Assembly (NCBI GenBank): GCA_947626805.1
Contig: CANQTR010000003.1
Coordinates: forward strand, 1 to 54,120
DNA length: 54,120 nucleotides
Source of the DNA: an uncultured Clostridia bacterium
GTDB lineage: Bacteria; Bacillota; Clostridia; Oscillospirales; CAG-382
Direction of reading: 5' to 3'
A program made the position numbers and the translations under genes. This document shows positions 1-7,962 of the stretch, piece after piece (within the stretch, counting starts at the first letter, position 1; the number at the start of each line of letters is the position of its first letter). The notes beneath the pieces were generated by a model, which was not told the origin of the DNA, ran no database searches, and saw only the letters and a program-made list of their open reading frames with translations.

Positions 1-73
1 GCGGAATTGTGTAATGGCAGCACGACAGACTCTGACTCTGTTTGTGAGGGTTCAAATCCTTCTTCCGCAGCCA
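1..73 (+). tRNA. tRNA-Gln (anticodon CUG), 5' end clipped by about 1 nt at the window edge
   Basis: Cloverleaf readable by eye: acceptor GCGGAA/TTCCGC, anticodon stem ACAGA/TCTGT with loop CT-CTG-AC, T-loop GGTTCAAATCC, encoded CCA at 71-73. Confidence 0.85.
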
Positions 74-78
74 AAAAA

Positions 79-117
79 AGCACCGTACTTTTGACACACA
101 AAAATACGGTGCTTTTT
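79..117 (+). terminator. Rho-independent terminator after the tRNA
   Basis: Stem AGCACCGTA (79-87) / TACGGTGCT (105-113) followed by TTTTT; A-run upstream. Confidence 0.6.
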
Positions 118-136
118 CCACGAAGGAGGGCAAGAA

Positions 137-811
137 ATGGGCAGGAAATATTACGAAGCCTATGACGACCGGTTCAGGCAAATCCATGAACAAAACCTGA
201 AATGGTTCGGCGAAGGTCCCTCCCCCATCGTAGCGGAAACGATTCGCACCTTTTCCGTTTCCCCGGACAGCAAGCTGTTAGAGGTCGGTTGCGGCGAGGG
301 GCGCGACGCGCACCCGCTTCTCTTGCGGGGATTTGACCTTTTGGCGACCGATGTATCGCCGGAAGCAATCGCCTTTTGCAGGAAAGCGTTCCCCGCATTT
401 GCGGCGCGTTTTCAAGTCGTCGATTGCGTCGCCGGAGAGATGGACGGTCAATTCGACTTCATTTACGCCGTGGCTGTTCTTCATATGCTCGTTTTGGACG
501 ACGACCGAAACGCGTTTTATCGCTTCCTCCACACGCATTTAACCCCCTCCGGAATCGCCTTGATTTGCACGATGGGCGACGGCACCTATGAGCGGCAAAC
601 CGATATTCGCACGGCGTTCGACCTCAACGAACGAATCCATGAACCCTCCGGAAAAACCGTACGGATTGCCGGAACGTCCTGCAGAATTGTCAATTTCCAA
701 ACCTTTGAAGCGGAACTGACGCAAAACGGTCTCGCGGCGGTCGAAAAAGGCGTGACCGCGGTCGAGCCGGATTTCCCGCAAATGATGTTCGCGGTCGTCA
801 AAAAGCAGTAA
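137..811 (+). CDS. Class I SAM-dependent methyltransferase
   Basis: Motif I LLEVGCGEGRD, later DFIYAVAVLHM; RBS GAAGGAGGG 6 nt upstream of the ATG. Confidence 0.85.
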   Translation: MGRKYYEAYDDRFRQIHEQNLKWFGEGPSPIVAETIRTFSVSPDSKLLEVGCGEGRDAHPLLLRGFDLLATDVSPEAIAFCRKAFPAFAARFQVVDCVAGEMDGQFDFIYAVAVLHMLVLDDDRNAFYRFLHTHLTPSGIALICTMGDGTYERQTDIRTAFDLNERIHEPSGKTVRIAGTSCRIVNFQTFEAELTQNGLAAVEKGVTAVEPDFPQMMFAVVKKQ

Positions 812-891
812 GCGCCCCCCGCCCGGCAATCGCGTCAAACGGACGACATTTCCCGCGTCGCGGGCTCGCGCGACTCCGCCCTTCCAAATAC

Positions 892-930
892 GAACCCTGC
901 CTGATACCAAACGTATCGAAGGCAGGGTTC
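892..930. terminator. Hairpin between convergent genes (possible bidirectional terminator)
   Basis: GAACCCTGCCT (892-902) / AGGCAGGGTTC (920-930); T-runs on both sides are weak. Confidence 0.4.
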
Positions 931-937
931 CTGCTTT

Positions 938-2083
938 CTAATACTCCCTATCCAAGAGTTCCAAGCCGTAGGTCCGAACGTCCCCGTTTATCGCGTCGGT
1001 TATCCACGCCGCAACGCTTTTTTCCCCGTTCAGCTTTTCAAACACCTGACTTGAAAGAATCGTGTGTTGGGTGTTTTTCGTCGTATCGTCAAGGGCATAT
1101 TCCCAGATATAAATGCCTACGCCCTCGATATTTTCCCGCAACCCTTCGACCATTTCTTTCAGGTCTTTCTGGAAAAGGTCGCCGTTTTCCTTTGTTTTGC
1201 TCATTTTCCCTTCGCGGATATACGCCTGATACTGCAGTAACGTGTCGTCGCGCACCGAGCAATCGAACAGGATTTTCACACGGTCCCCGCGTTTGTCGTG
1301 CAAGGCGGTTAAACTGTCCAGCACGAGATTGTTGCCCGTCAGTCTTTCCGCAATTTCGGCGGGCGATTTCCAAAGATTTTGCGCCGTTTCGTGCCACCCG
1401 TCGTAGAGCAAAAGCGAGCTGTCCACGCAAACGGTGATGTTTTCGGCGGAAGGGAATCGGTCGATGACGTCATCGGCAAGCAAACTCGTCGCAAAACCGC
1501 CCGCCGAAAAGCCGGTAATCAGCAGGGTGTCGGGGCTCCCGACGTATTGTTTTGCTTCTTCGACAAAGGCGGAATAGTTGGTGTAGCCCTGATGATAAAC
1601 GACCTTTTCTTTTCCGTTTTCCGTATAGCGGTATTCGCCCGTGCCGCTATGGAAATCGCCGCTTGCGTAGGGAATCACCAGAAACGACCAATCCCGAAAC
1701 GGGTTCGCCGCGTCGTCGCTTCCGATTCCCCAAGTGGCTACAAAATCCTGCCCCGTCATATCTTCGGCAAAAAATTCTTTTCCGCCCCTGCTTGTCTCTT
1801 CGGTAATGCTGACGCCCCCGCCGAAAAAGTAAACGACCAGTTTATTTTCGGAGCCTTTTCTCAAGATTCCGTGCCATTCCGTACCGTCGGACGATTTTGC
1901 GTTTTCGGGCGTTACCCGATACCACTTGCCGATTTCCGGTTCGCCGTTTAATTCGGGGTGCCGCATCAAAAATGTTTTCGATAAAAAGACGTATATCCCG
2001 ATTGCCAATACGACGATGACCGCTAAAACAGCAAGCAGGATAATCCGACCCGTATGCTTTTTCTTTGTCTTTGTTTCACGCAT
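938..2083 (-). CDS. Membrane-anchored alpha/beta hydrolase, pectin-acetylesterase/Notum-like
   Basis: N-terminal TM helix; FFGGGVS, NPFRDWSFLVIPYASGDFHSG and nucleophile elbow GFSAGG resemble the PAE family; RBS AAAGGAG. Confidence 0.65.
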   Translation of the reverse strand: MRETKTKKKHTGRIILLAVLAVIVVLAIGIYVFLSKTFLMRHPELNGEPEIGKWYRVTPENAKSSDGTEWHGILRKGSENKLVVYFFGGGVSITEETSRGGKEFFAEDMTGQDFVATWGIGSDDAANPFRDWSFLVIPYASGDFHSGTGEYRYTENGKEKVVYHQGYTNYSAFVEEAKQYVGSPDTLLITGFSAGGFATSLLADDVIDRFPSAENITVCVDSSLLLYDGWHETAQNLWKSPAEIAERLTGNNLVLDSLTALHDKRGDRVKILFDCSVRDDTLLQYQAYIREGKMSKTKENGDLFQKDLKEMVEGLRENIEGVGIYIWEYALDDTTKNTQHTILSSQVFEKLNGEKSVAAWITDAINGDVRTYGLELLDREY

Positions 2084-2190
2084 AGCGAACTCCTTTTCCT
2101 TTATGAAATTCCTTTTCCGGCATTTTTTTGCGAGGCGTTCAAAATCTCCTCCGGTTAAAACTTCGCCTTTCCGTGTTTTTTCGTAATCGC

Positions 2191-2219
2191 TTGACTTTCT
2201 TCGAAGGATTTGCTATCAT
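2191..2219 (+). promoter_or_regulatory. Sigma-A type promoter upstream of the TetR gene
   Basis: TTGACT (2191-2196), 17-nt spacer, TATCAT (2214-2219); direct repeat ATACAATCG at 2218 and 2251 may be an operator. Confidence 0.5.
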
Positions 2220-2355
2220 ACAATCGAACGGATACGATGAACCGCAAATGATACAATCGTATCTTCATTATACGGATTTCGCGCTTTTTTTCAAGGGGTC
2301 GCGGCTGATTTGAGACAAATCGGCGGGAAAAGTATCTTTCTTTTTTGGAGGAAAC

Positions 2356-2868
2356 ATGGCAAGAGGCAGCAAAACAACAGAATTCCTAAAGGAATGCTTA
2401 TCGGATGCGCTCATCCGGTTACTTCGCGAAAAGAAAATCGAAAGAATATCCGTAAAAGAAATTGCGGAAACGGCGGGCGTAGGTCGTGCGACCTGGTTCC
2501 GTAACTATACCGGCAAAAGCGAAGCGCTGACGTTTAAGCTTGTACAGGTTTGGAATCGATGGGCAGACGAACATGCGATTGCCGTTCGCGACAGATTTGC
2601 GCTTGCAAATGCGAAGGACTTCTTTCGGTTCAACTATGAGATCAAGCATATCCTGCAGGTCGTTTACGATGCCAAAATGCAATCGGCTGTTTACGACGCT
2701 TTTTATCAGGTCATGATGCCACCGCACGGCGCAAACGCGGAAGCGTGCTATCAGGCGCGCTTCTATTCTTACGCACTTTTCGGGCTGCTGGATGCGTGGA
2801 TAAAACGCGGATTTCGGGAATCGCCCGATGAAATGGTGCGGATTTTCAATCGGATTATGCAGGGGTGA
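2356..2868 (+). CDS. TetR/AcrR family transcriptional regulator
   Basis: N-terminal HTH ISVKEIAETAGVGRATWFRNY; RBS GGAGG. Confidence 0.9.
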   Translation: MARGSKTTEFLKECLSDALIRLLREKKIERISVKEIAETAGVGRATWFRNYTGKSEALTFKLVQVWNRWADEHAIAVRDRFALANAKDFFRFNYEIKHILQVVYDAKMQSAVYDAFYQVMMPPHGANAEACYQARFYSYALFGLLDAWIKRGFRESPDEMVRIFNRIMQG

Positions 2869-2974
2869 AAGGGAATCTCCCCTTCCGAAACCCGCCCGTC
2901 GCAAATCGGCAGGACTCCCCAAACCCCTGCCCGAAAACATGCCTTCGCGCGCCCCGTTCGTCCCCCGCCCGAAC

Positions 2975-3002
2975 CGCCCCTGCCGAAACGGGGGCGTTTT
3001 TT
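2975..3002 (+). terminator. Rho-independent terminator
   Basis: CGCCCC / GGGGCG stem with 9-10 nt loop followed by TTTTTT. Confidence 0.55.
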
Positions 3003-3038
3003 CGTTTCGGCGGTTTTCCGGCGGGCGCAAAACCCGTC

Positions 3039-3067
3039 TTGACAAACGAAAAATTCTATGGTATAAG
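3039..3067 (+). promoter_or_regulatory. Sigma-A type promoter with extended -10
   Basis: TTGACA (3039-3044), 17-nt spacer, TGgTATAAG (-10 at 3062-3067). Confidence 0.55.
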
Positions 3068-3135
3068 TAAAATGGTAAGGAAACGGTGCCGATTTGCCGG
3101 AGAATCCCACCCCCTTACCGTCACGGAGGTCCCCT

Positions 3136-3828
3136 ATGCAGGAATTCGAAACCTACATCACGAACGGCGAATACCGCGTCGGGTGCACCGGGCAGACGGT
3201 GTACCTTTTCGGGCGGGACGGCGCCGTGCTCGCGAAATTCCGCGACCTGAAATACGCGTACCAAGCCTATTTTTCGCCGAACGGCAAGGTGTTCGCGGTC
3301 AAATCCAACGAGGGGCGGCTGGCGATATACCACCTCGCGGAGCGAAGGCTCCTGTCGAAATTCCGCTACGCGACGGGCGCGGACGGCGAGCAGCCCCAGG
3401 ACACAATCGGCTGCTTCTCCCCCGACGGCGAGCGGTTTTTCGTCCCGCTCTACCGCGCGGACCTCTGCTCCTCGCTCCTCGTGTACCGCATGAGCGACTT
3501 TTCGCTCGAAGAGCGGCTTTTTGACGGCGGCAATCAGGTGCTCGACTGCATCGAATCCGACGCGGCGACCGAAACCTACTATCTGCTCGGATTTTTCCGG
3601 AACCCGTCGCCCGAAAGCAACGCTTACTTCGTCGCGCGGCTGAACGGGGATTCGCTCGCGGACGCCGCGCCCCTCTCGGAACGCGAATACGACTTCTACC
3701 GGCAGTACAAGGATTTCGAGGCGACGGGTTTCACGTCGACGTCCGCCTGCCTGACGCCCGCCGAAGCCGAACGCCTCAAAGCGCGCAAACACACGCTCGC
3801 GCGGCTGTGGAAGAACAAACAGCAATGA
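3136..3828 (+). CDS. Hypothetical protein, possibly beta-propeller-like
   Basis: ATG at 3136 preceded by ACGGAGGT; repeated FSPNG/FSPDG strand-like motifs; no family recognised. Confidence 0.55.
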   Translation: MQEFETYITNGEYRVGCTGQTVYLFGRDGAVLAKFRDLKYAYQAYFSPNGKVFAVKSNEGRLAIYHLAERRLLSKFRYATGADGEQPQDTIGCFSPDGERFFVPLYRADLCSSLLVYRMSDFSLEERLFDGGNQVLDCIESDAATETYYLLGFFRNPSPESNAYFVARLNGDSLADAAPLSEREYDFYRQYKDFEATGFTSTSACLTPAEAERLKARKHTLARLWKNKQQ

Positions 3829-4015
3829 CCCCCGCCATTCAGGGGACTTTGCGGGGTTTCACCCGCGCCGCCCTTCCGCCGCGCGTTGCCCCCATTCGCG
3901 GGGCTTCACCCCCCTTTCACGCGGCTTTGCGGGGTTTTGCCCCGCCCCCATTCAGGGGGTCTTTTTGAAAAAAGCCCCCCTGAAAACCCCCAAAAACTTT
4001 TCTGTTTGGTGTATA
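3829..4015 (+). repeat. Modular interspersed repeat, copy a (several A units, then B and C)
   Basis: Starts right after the stop codon. Core is TTGCGGGGTTTTGCCCCGCCCCCATTCAGGGGGTCTTTTTGAAAAAAGCCCCCCTGAAAACCCCCAAAAACTTTTCTGTTTGGTG; extra partial A/B units at 3829-3928. Confidence 0.85.
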
Positions 4016-4236
4016 AAATAAACGCCCCCCACATACGTCTTATTTATCCCCCCGCTTGCGCCCCCATTTGCACACCCTTTTTCCCCATCTCGCGCCCCCT
4101 CTCGCGTCCGCCCGCAATTTTTCCCCCCGCGCAAATTCCACACGGATTCCAAACGGACCACACGCGCATTCCGCATTCCCGGTGTATGCTGAAAATACCG
4201 ACGAAGGTCGGAATACGGAAAGGTGGTCAAAAAACC

Positions 4237-4977
4237 ATGAAAAAATCCAAATGGCTCTGTGGAATCGCCGTAACGGCGCTGGTGGTGCTGTCCATCGGGT
4301 GCTTCACCGCTTTTGCGGCGGGTGCCGACGCGGAACGGGACATCGTCGAGCTGATTTCCCGCTTTGCGGAGCACGAAGGACACACGGTCGACACGGCGAG
4401 CAACGGCAAGGAGGCCGTTCGCTTATGCGGCGAAAACGCCTACGACCTGATTATTCTCGACATCATGATGCCGGAAATGGACGGGTTCACCGCCTGCAAG
4501 GAGATACGCAAGCAAAAGCAAACGCCAATCATTCTGCTTTCCGCATTGGGCGCCGAGTACGACAAGCTGATGGGCTTCGAACTGGGCGTCGACGACTACG
4601 TGGTCAAGCCGTTTTCCCCGCGGGAACTGATGGCACGGGTCAAGGCAATCCTCGCAAGGCGGACCGACGGAAAACCGACGCGGGAAATCGCAATACAGGG
4701 GCTTCGCATCGACACGCTTTCCCACGAGGTTTTCGTGGACGGCGGGAAAACCGAACTGACCGCGAAGGAATACGAACTGCTCCTTTTCCTCGTGCGGAAC
4801 AAGGGCATCGCCCTGACGCGGGAGAAGATACTGAACGCCGTATGGGGCTACGACTACTACGGCGACGACCGCACGGTGGATTGGCAGATAAAGCTCCTAC
4901 GCGGCAAGCTGGGACCCTATCGGAAATGTATCGTCACGTTGCGCGGAACGGGGTATCGGTTCGATGAAAAAGCGTAA
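4237..4977 (+). CDS. OmpR/PhoB-family response regulator with atypical hydrophobic N-terminus
   Basis: Receiver motifs DLIILDIMMPEMDG and DDYVVKPF plus winged-helix LTAKEYELLLFL...RGTGYRF; ATG 4237 after GGAAAGGTGG; the upstream part of the 3886 ORF lies in repeat DNA. Confidence 0.8.
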   Translation: MKKSKWLCGIAVTALVVLSIGCFTAFAAGADAERDIVELISRFAEHEGHTVDTASNGKEAVRLCGENAYDLIILDIMMPEMDGFTACKEIRKQKQTPIILLSALGAEYDKLMGFELGVDDYVVKPFSPRELMARVKAILARRTDGKPTREIAIQGLRIDTLSHEVFVDGGKTELTAKEYELLLFLVRNKGIALTREKILNAVWGYDYYGDDRTVDWQIKLLRGKLGPYRKCIVTLRGTGYRFDEKA

Positions 4978-6448
4978 ATCCTTCGGCGTCAAGCTGTGGC
5001 TGTGGTTCCTTTTGTTTTCCGCCGCGATTTTCACCGCGCTGTGGCTGTTGCAGACGGTTTTCCTGCAAAATTTCTACGACGGAATGGCGATTCGAAACGT
5101 CGAACGCGCGGTCGACGAGCTGACGGCGCGCGCCGCGGAACCGGATTTCTTCGACAGAATCGACGAAACCGCTGTCTCCGGTTCGCTTCTCGTGTTCGTC
5201 ACGGACGAAAACGGCGACGTCCTGTACAGCGCCGACGAATATCGCCGCCTTTACGGGGACGCGGACGGCGCGGACAACCCGTATCACGCGGACGGCACGC
5301 TGAACTGGGAAAAAGGCGCGCTCCGCAACCTGCCCTACAGCTACCGAACGCTTGCGGAAAAGCTGGACGGCGCGGAAACCGACCGGGTCGGCTTTGTCAC
5401 GGAGGACGGAGCGGCATATGTGGCGGGCGTCCGGCTGAACGACGGCAGGACCCTGTCGGTCAGCCTCCCCCTCGGCGCGGTGGGCGGTACCGTCGGCATC
5501 TTGCGCGTGCAGTTGCTGTGGGTGTCGGCGCTGTCGTTGGCGCTCGGCTTTCTGCTCGCGTGGCGTATCTCCAAACGGTTCGAAAAACCCATCGCACAGC
5601 TCTCCCGTTCGGCAAAACAGGTGGCGGAAGGGAACTTCCGTCCGGCATTTCCGAAGGGTTTTTGTGCCGAGCTTGACGAACTGTCCGACACCCTGGAAGA
5701 AACGGCGTCGCGCCTGGAAAAGGCAGGGAACGCACAGCGGGAATTTCTCGCCAACATCTCCCACGACCTCCGCACGCCGCTCACCATGATAAAGGGCTAC
5801 GCGGAAATGGTTAAGGAGATTTCCTGGAGCGACAGGGAGGCGCGGGAAAAGGATTTGGACGTCATCATGCGGGAAGCGGATCGGCTGACGGCGTTGGTCA
5901 ACGAAATTCTGGAATTTTCCGCCATGCAGGCGGACGGTTCGGCAAAGGCATACGAAAAAATCGACCTCAGCCGTGCGATTCGGGACGTCGTCGAGCAGTT
6001 TGCGCCGTTTTGCGAGCAGAACGGCTATACCGTCGAATCCGAAATCGCGGACGGCGTCGCCGCGCCCGCCGACGAGTCTCAGATTAAGCGGGTGATTTAT
6101 AATTTTATCGACAACGCGGTTAATCACACGGACGAAAGCAAAAAAGTCCGGGTGTCGCTGACCGCGGCGGGCGGCTCTGCTCGTTTCGCGGTGACCGACT
6201 ACGGAAACGGAATCGCGGACGAGGACCTCCCCTACATCTGGGACCGCTACTATACCGCTCGCAACCGAAAGAACAAGGCTGTCGTTTCCGGGCTGGGTCT
6301 GTCCGTCGCCAGGGAAATTCTGACCGCCCACCGCGCGAAATTCGGCGTCGATTCCCGCGAGCACTGCACGTTTTGGTTCGAACTGCCCGCCCTTCCCCCT
6401 CCCCCCGTTCCGCCCACGCCGCCCGCTTCGCCCGCTCCGCCAACGTGA
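4964..6448 (+). CDS. Sensor histidine kinase (two TM segments, HisKA + HATPase_c)
   Basis: H-box SHDLRTPLT, N-box IDNAVNHT, G-boxes DYGNGI and GLGLSVA; overlaps the response regulator stop by 14 nt; Pro-rich C-terminal tail. Confidence 0.9.
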   Translation: MKKRKSFGVKLWLWFLLFSAAIFTALWLLQTVFLQNFYDGMAIRNVERAVDELTARAAEPDFFDRIDETAVSGSLLVFVTDENGDVLYSADEYRRLYGDADGADNPYHADGTLNWEKGALRNLPYSYRTLAEKLDGAETDRVGFVTEDGAAYVAGVRLNDGRTLSVSLPLGAVGGTVGILRVQLLWVSALSLALGFLLAWRISKRFEKPIAQLSRSAKQVAEGNFRPAFPKGFCAELDELSDTLEETASRLEKAGNAQREFLANISHDLRTPLTMIKGYAEMVKEISWSDREAREKDLDVIMREADRLTALVNEILEFSAMQADGSAKAYEKIDLSRAIRDVVEQFAPFCEQNGYTVESEIADGVAAPADESQIKRVIYNFIDNAVNHTDESKKVRVSLTAAGGSARFAVTDYGNGIADEDLPYIWDRYYTARNRKNKAVVSGLGLSVAREILTAHRAKFGVDSREHCTFWFELPALPPPPVPPTPPASPAPPT

Positions 6449-6476
6449 CCCTCTACGCGCACCCCCGCGCCAAGCA

Positions 6477-6591
6477 TTGCGGGGTTTTACCCCCTTCACG
6501 CGGCTTTGCGGGGCTTCGCCCCGCCCCCATTCAGGGGGTCTTTTTGAAAAAATCCCCCCTGAAAACCCCCAAAAACTTTTCAAATTGGGGT
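6477..6591 (+). repeat. Modular interspersed repeat, copy b (A-A-B-C)
   Basis: TTGCGGGGTTTTACCCCC..TTTGCGGGGCTTCGCCCCGCCCCCATTCAGGGGGTCTTTTTGAAAAAATCCCCCCTGAAAACCCCCAAAAACTTTTCAAATTGGGG. Confidence 0.9.
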
Positions 6592-6658
6592 ATAGAACAA
6601 GCGCCCCCGCTCGCGCCGCCCTGCCCGGCGGGGCGCGACAGGACAAAAAATCCCCCAC

Positions 6659-6689
6659 GCGACAAGTCCCACGGACTTGCCGCTTTTTT
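6659..6689 (+). terminator. Rho-independent terminator in the tail of repeat copy b
   Basis: GCGACAAGTCC-CAC-GGACTTGCCGC followed by TTTTTT; the same hairpin recurs at 7710. Confidence 0.75.
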
Positions 6690-6790
6690 ATCCCCAAATC
6701 TCCCCGTCGACCCGCCGTGTTCAGCCAACAAAAAAAACGCCGTGCACACGCCCGACGTTTTTCCTCCCCGCAAAACCCGCGCGCGCCGCG

Positions 6791-7111
6791 CTACCGCCCG
6801 TCCGCCAAACGGCGCAAAAGCGCCACCGCAAGCGACAGGTCCTCGCCCTCCAGGCGCCGCAACAGCGCGCACGCCTCCTGCAGCTGCACCGGATCCTCCG
6901 CCTCCACGTCGAAAAACGCTTGCGGCGTGACGTCCAAATACCGGCATATCTCCAGGAACTCGCCCATCGGCGGCAGGCTCCGCCCCGACGAAATATTCTG
7001 CACGTACCCCCTGCTATGCCCGAGGTCATAGCTCATGCGGTACTCCGAAACCCCTTTTTTCATGCGTAGTGCCGTGATTCGCTCCCGAACCCAACGCTCG
7101 TCGATGTCCAT
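6791..7111 (-). CDS. XRE-family helix-turn-helix transcriptional regulator
   Basis: HTH KKGVSEYRMSYDLGHSRGYVQNISSGRSLP; ATG at 7111 preceded by GGAGGAGCGGAGG. Confidence 0.85.
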   Translation of the reverse strand: MDIDERWVRERITALRMKKGVSEYRMSYDLGHSRGYVQNISSGRSLPPMGEFLEICRYLDVTPQAFFDVEAEDPVQLQEACALLRRLEGEDLSLAVALLRRLADGR

Positions 7112-7287
7112 CGTCCTCCGCTCCTCCCTGTTTTCTTTATTGTAGTGCAAAGAGAAGCGCCTGTATGCAACGATTTTACATTATTTTAACAAAATTCACC
7201 ATGATTTTATGCTTTCAAACAAGAAATTGTGGTATACTCAAGAAAAACAGCGTTTTACCTGGTATAAGAAAAACGGAGGGACGTTTC

Positions 7288-7560
7288 ATGGTCTGTTGCT
7301 TTTTCGGACACCGCACCGTAACGCAAGCGGTCGAACCGCGCCTACGAACGGCAATCCTACAACTTCTTGACGAAGCGGGCGGCGACCTGACCTGCTACGT
7401 CGGCAACCAAGGGCAGTTCGACGCGACGGTGCACCGGGGCGTTGCGGAGTGTTGTCAGCACATCGCCGCGTATTGCGGGGCTTCGCCCCGCCCCCCATTC
7501 AAGGAACTTTTTGAAAAAAGTTCCTTGAAAATCCTCAAAAACTTTTCAAATTGGGGTTAA
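7288..7560 (+). pseudogene. Truncated DUF1273/SLOG-like (YpsA-like) gene running into repeat copy c
   Basis: MVCCFFGHR...YVGNQGQFDATV matches the N-terminal third of DUF1273 proteins. After about 62 aa the frame reads repeat DNA (GASPRPPFKELFEKSSLKILKNFSNWG) to the stop. Confidence 0.55.
7473..7556 (+). repeat. Modular interspersed repeat, copy c (A-B-C)
   Basis: TTGCGGGGCTTCGCCCCGCCCCCCATTCAAGGAACTTTTTGAAAAAAGTTCCTTGAAAATCCTCAAAAACTTTTCAAATTGGGG with a perfect B stem. Confidence 0.9.
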
Positions 7561-7709
7561 AAATGCCGCGGCTTGCGCCGACCCCGCCGCTTTTACCGCC
7601 CCCACTTGCGTCCCCTCCGCTTGCACCGACCCCGTTCGCGCGACTATTTGCATCCCCGCTCGCGCCGCCCCGCCCGACGAGGCGCGGCAGGACACACAAA
7701 AAAACCCAC

Positions 7710-7745
7710 GCGACAAGTCCCACGGACTTGCCGCGCTATTTTTTT
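7710..7745 (+). terminator. Rho-independent terminator in the tail of repeat copy c
   Basis: Same GCGACAAGTCC-CAC-GGACTTGCCGC hairpin as at 6659, followed by GCTATTTTTTT. Confidence 0.65.
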
Positions 7746-7820
7746 CCGCCCATACAAAAAAGACACGCGGAAAAGCGCCGCATACGGGTACTGAACCTAT
7801 GGGAACCGGGCGGGCGCCCC

Positions 7821-7898
7821 CTCGCACCCCCGCACACAATATAACGTCCCTCGCACCCCCGCACACGGCATAACGTCCCCCCCACAACAGAACGTCCC
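7821..7898 (+). repeat. C-rich 29-nt tandem repeat (about 2.6 units)
   Basis: CTCGCACCCCCGCACACAATATAACGTCC / CTCGCACCCCCGCACACGGCATAACGTCC / partial third unit. Confidence 0.8.
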
Positions 7899-7905
7899 GC
7901 GCGCA

Positions 7906-7941
7906 AACGAAAAAGGGCTGTCCTGACGCGGCAGCCCTTTT
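7906..7941 (-). terminator. Rho-independent terminator of the sugar ABC ATPase gene
   Basis: AAAAGGGCTG / CAGCCCTTTT stem; on the minus strand it is followed by TTTTT. Confidence 0.75.
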
Positions 7942-7962
7942 GAACGAAATGTGAACGAATGT

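Noticed and set aside
3886-4236. N-terminal extension of the response-regulator ORF (363-aa version)
   Set aside because: The extension is translated repeat and C-rich DNA with no RBS. ATG 4237 has a GGAAAGGTGG RBS. Similar extensions were rejected for 10533-12830 (ABC-F), 40437-41666 (RR), 26352 (rnj), 33683-35731, 14011-15603 and 32205-33356.
1-7560. tRNA-Gln-linked genomic island
   Set aside because: Accessory-type genes (methyltransferase, esterase, TetR, TCS, XRE, truncated DUF1273) follow the tRNA. However, I found no integrase and no direct repeat of the tRNA 3' end by eye, so an island cannot be supported from this window alone.
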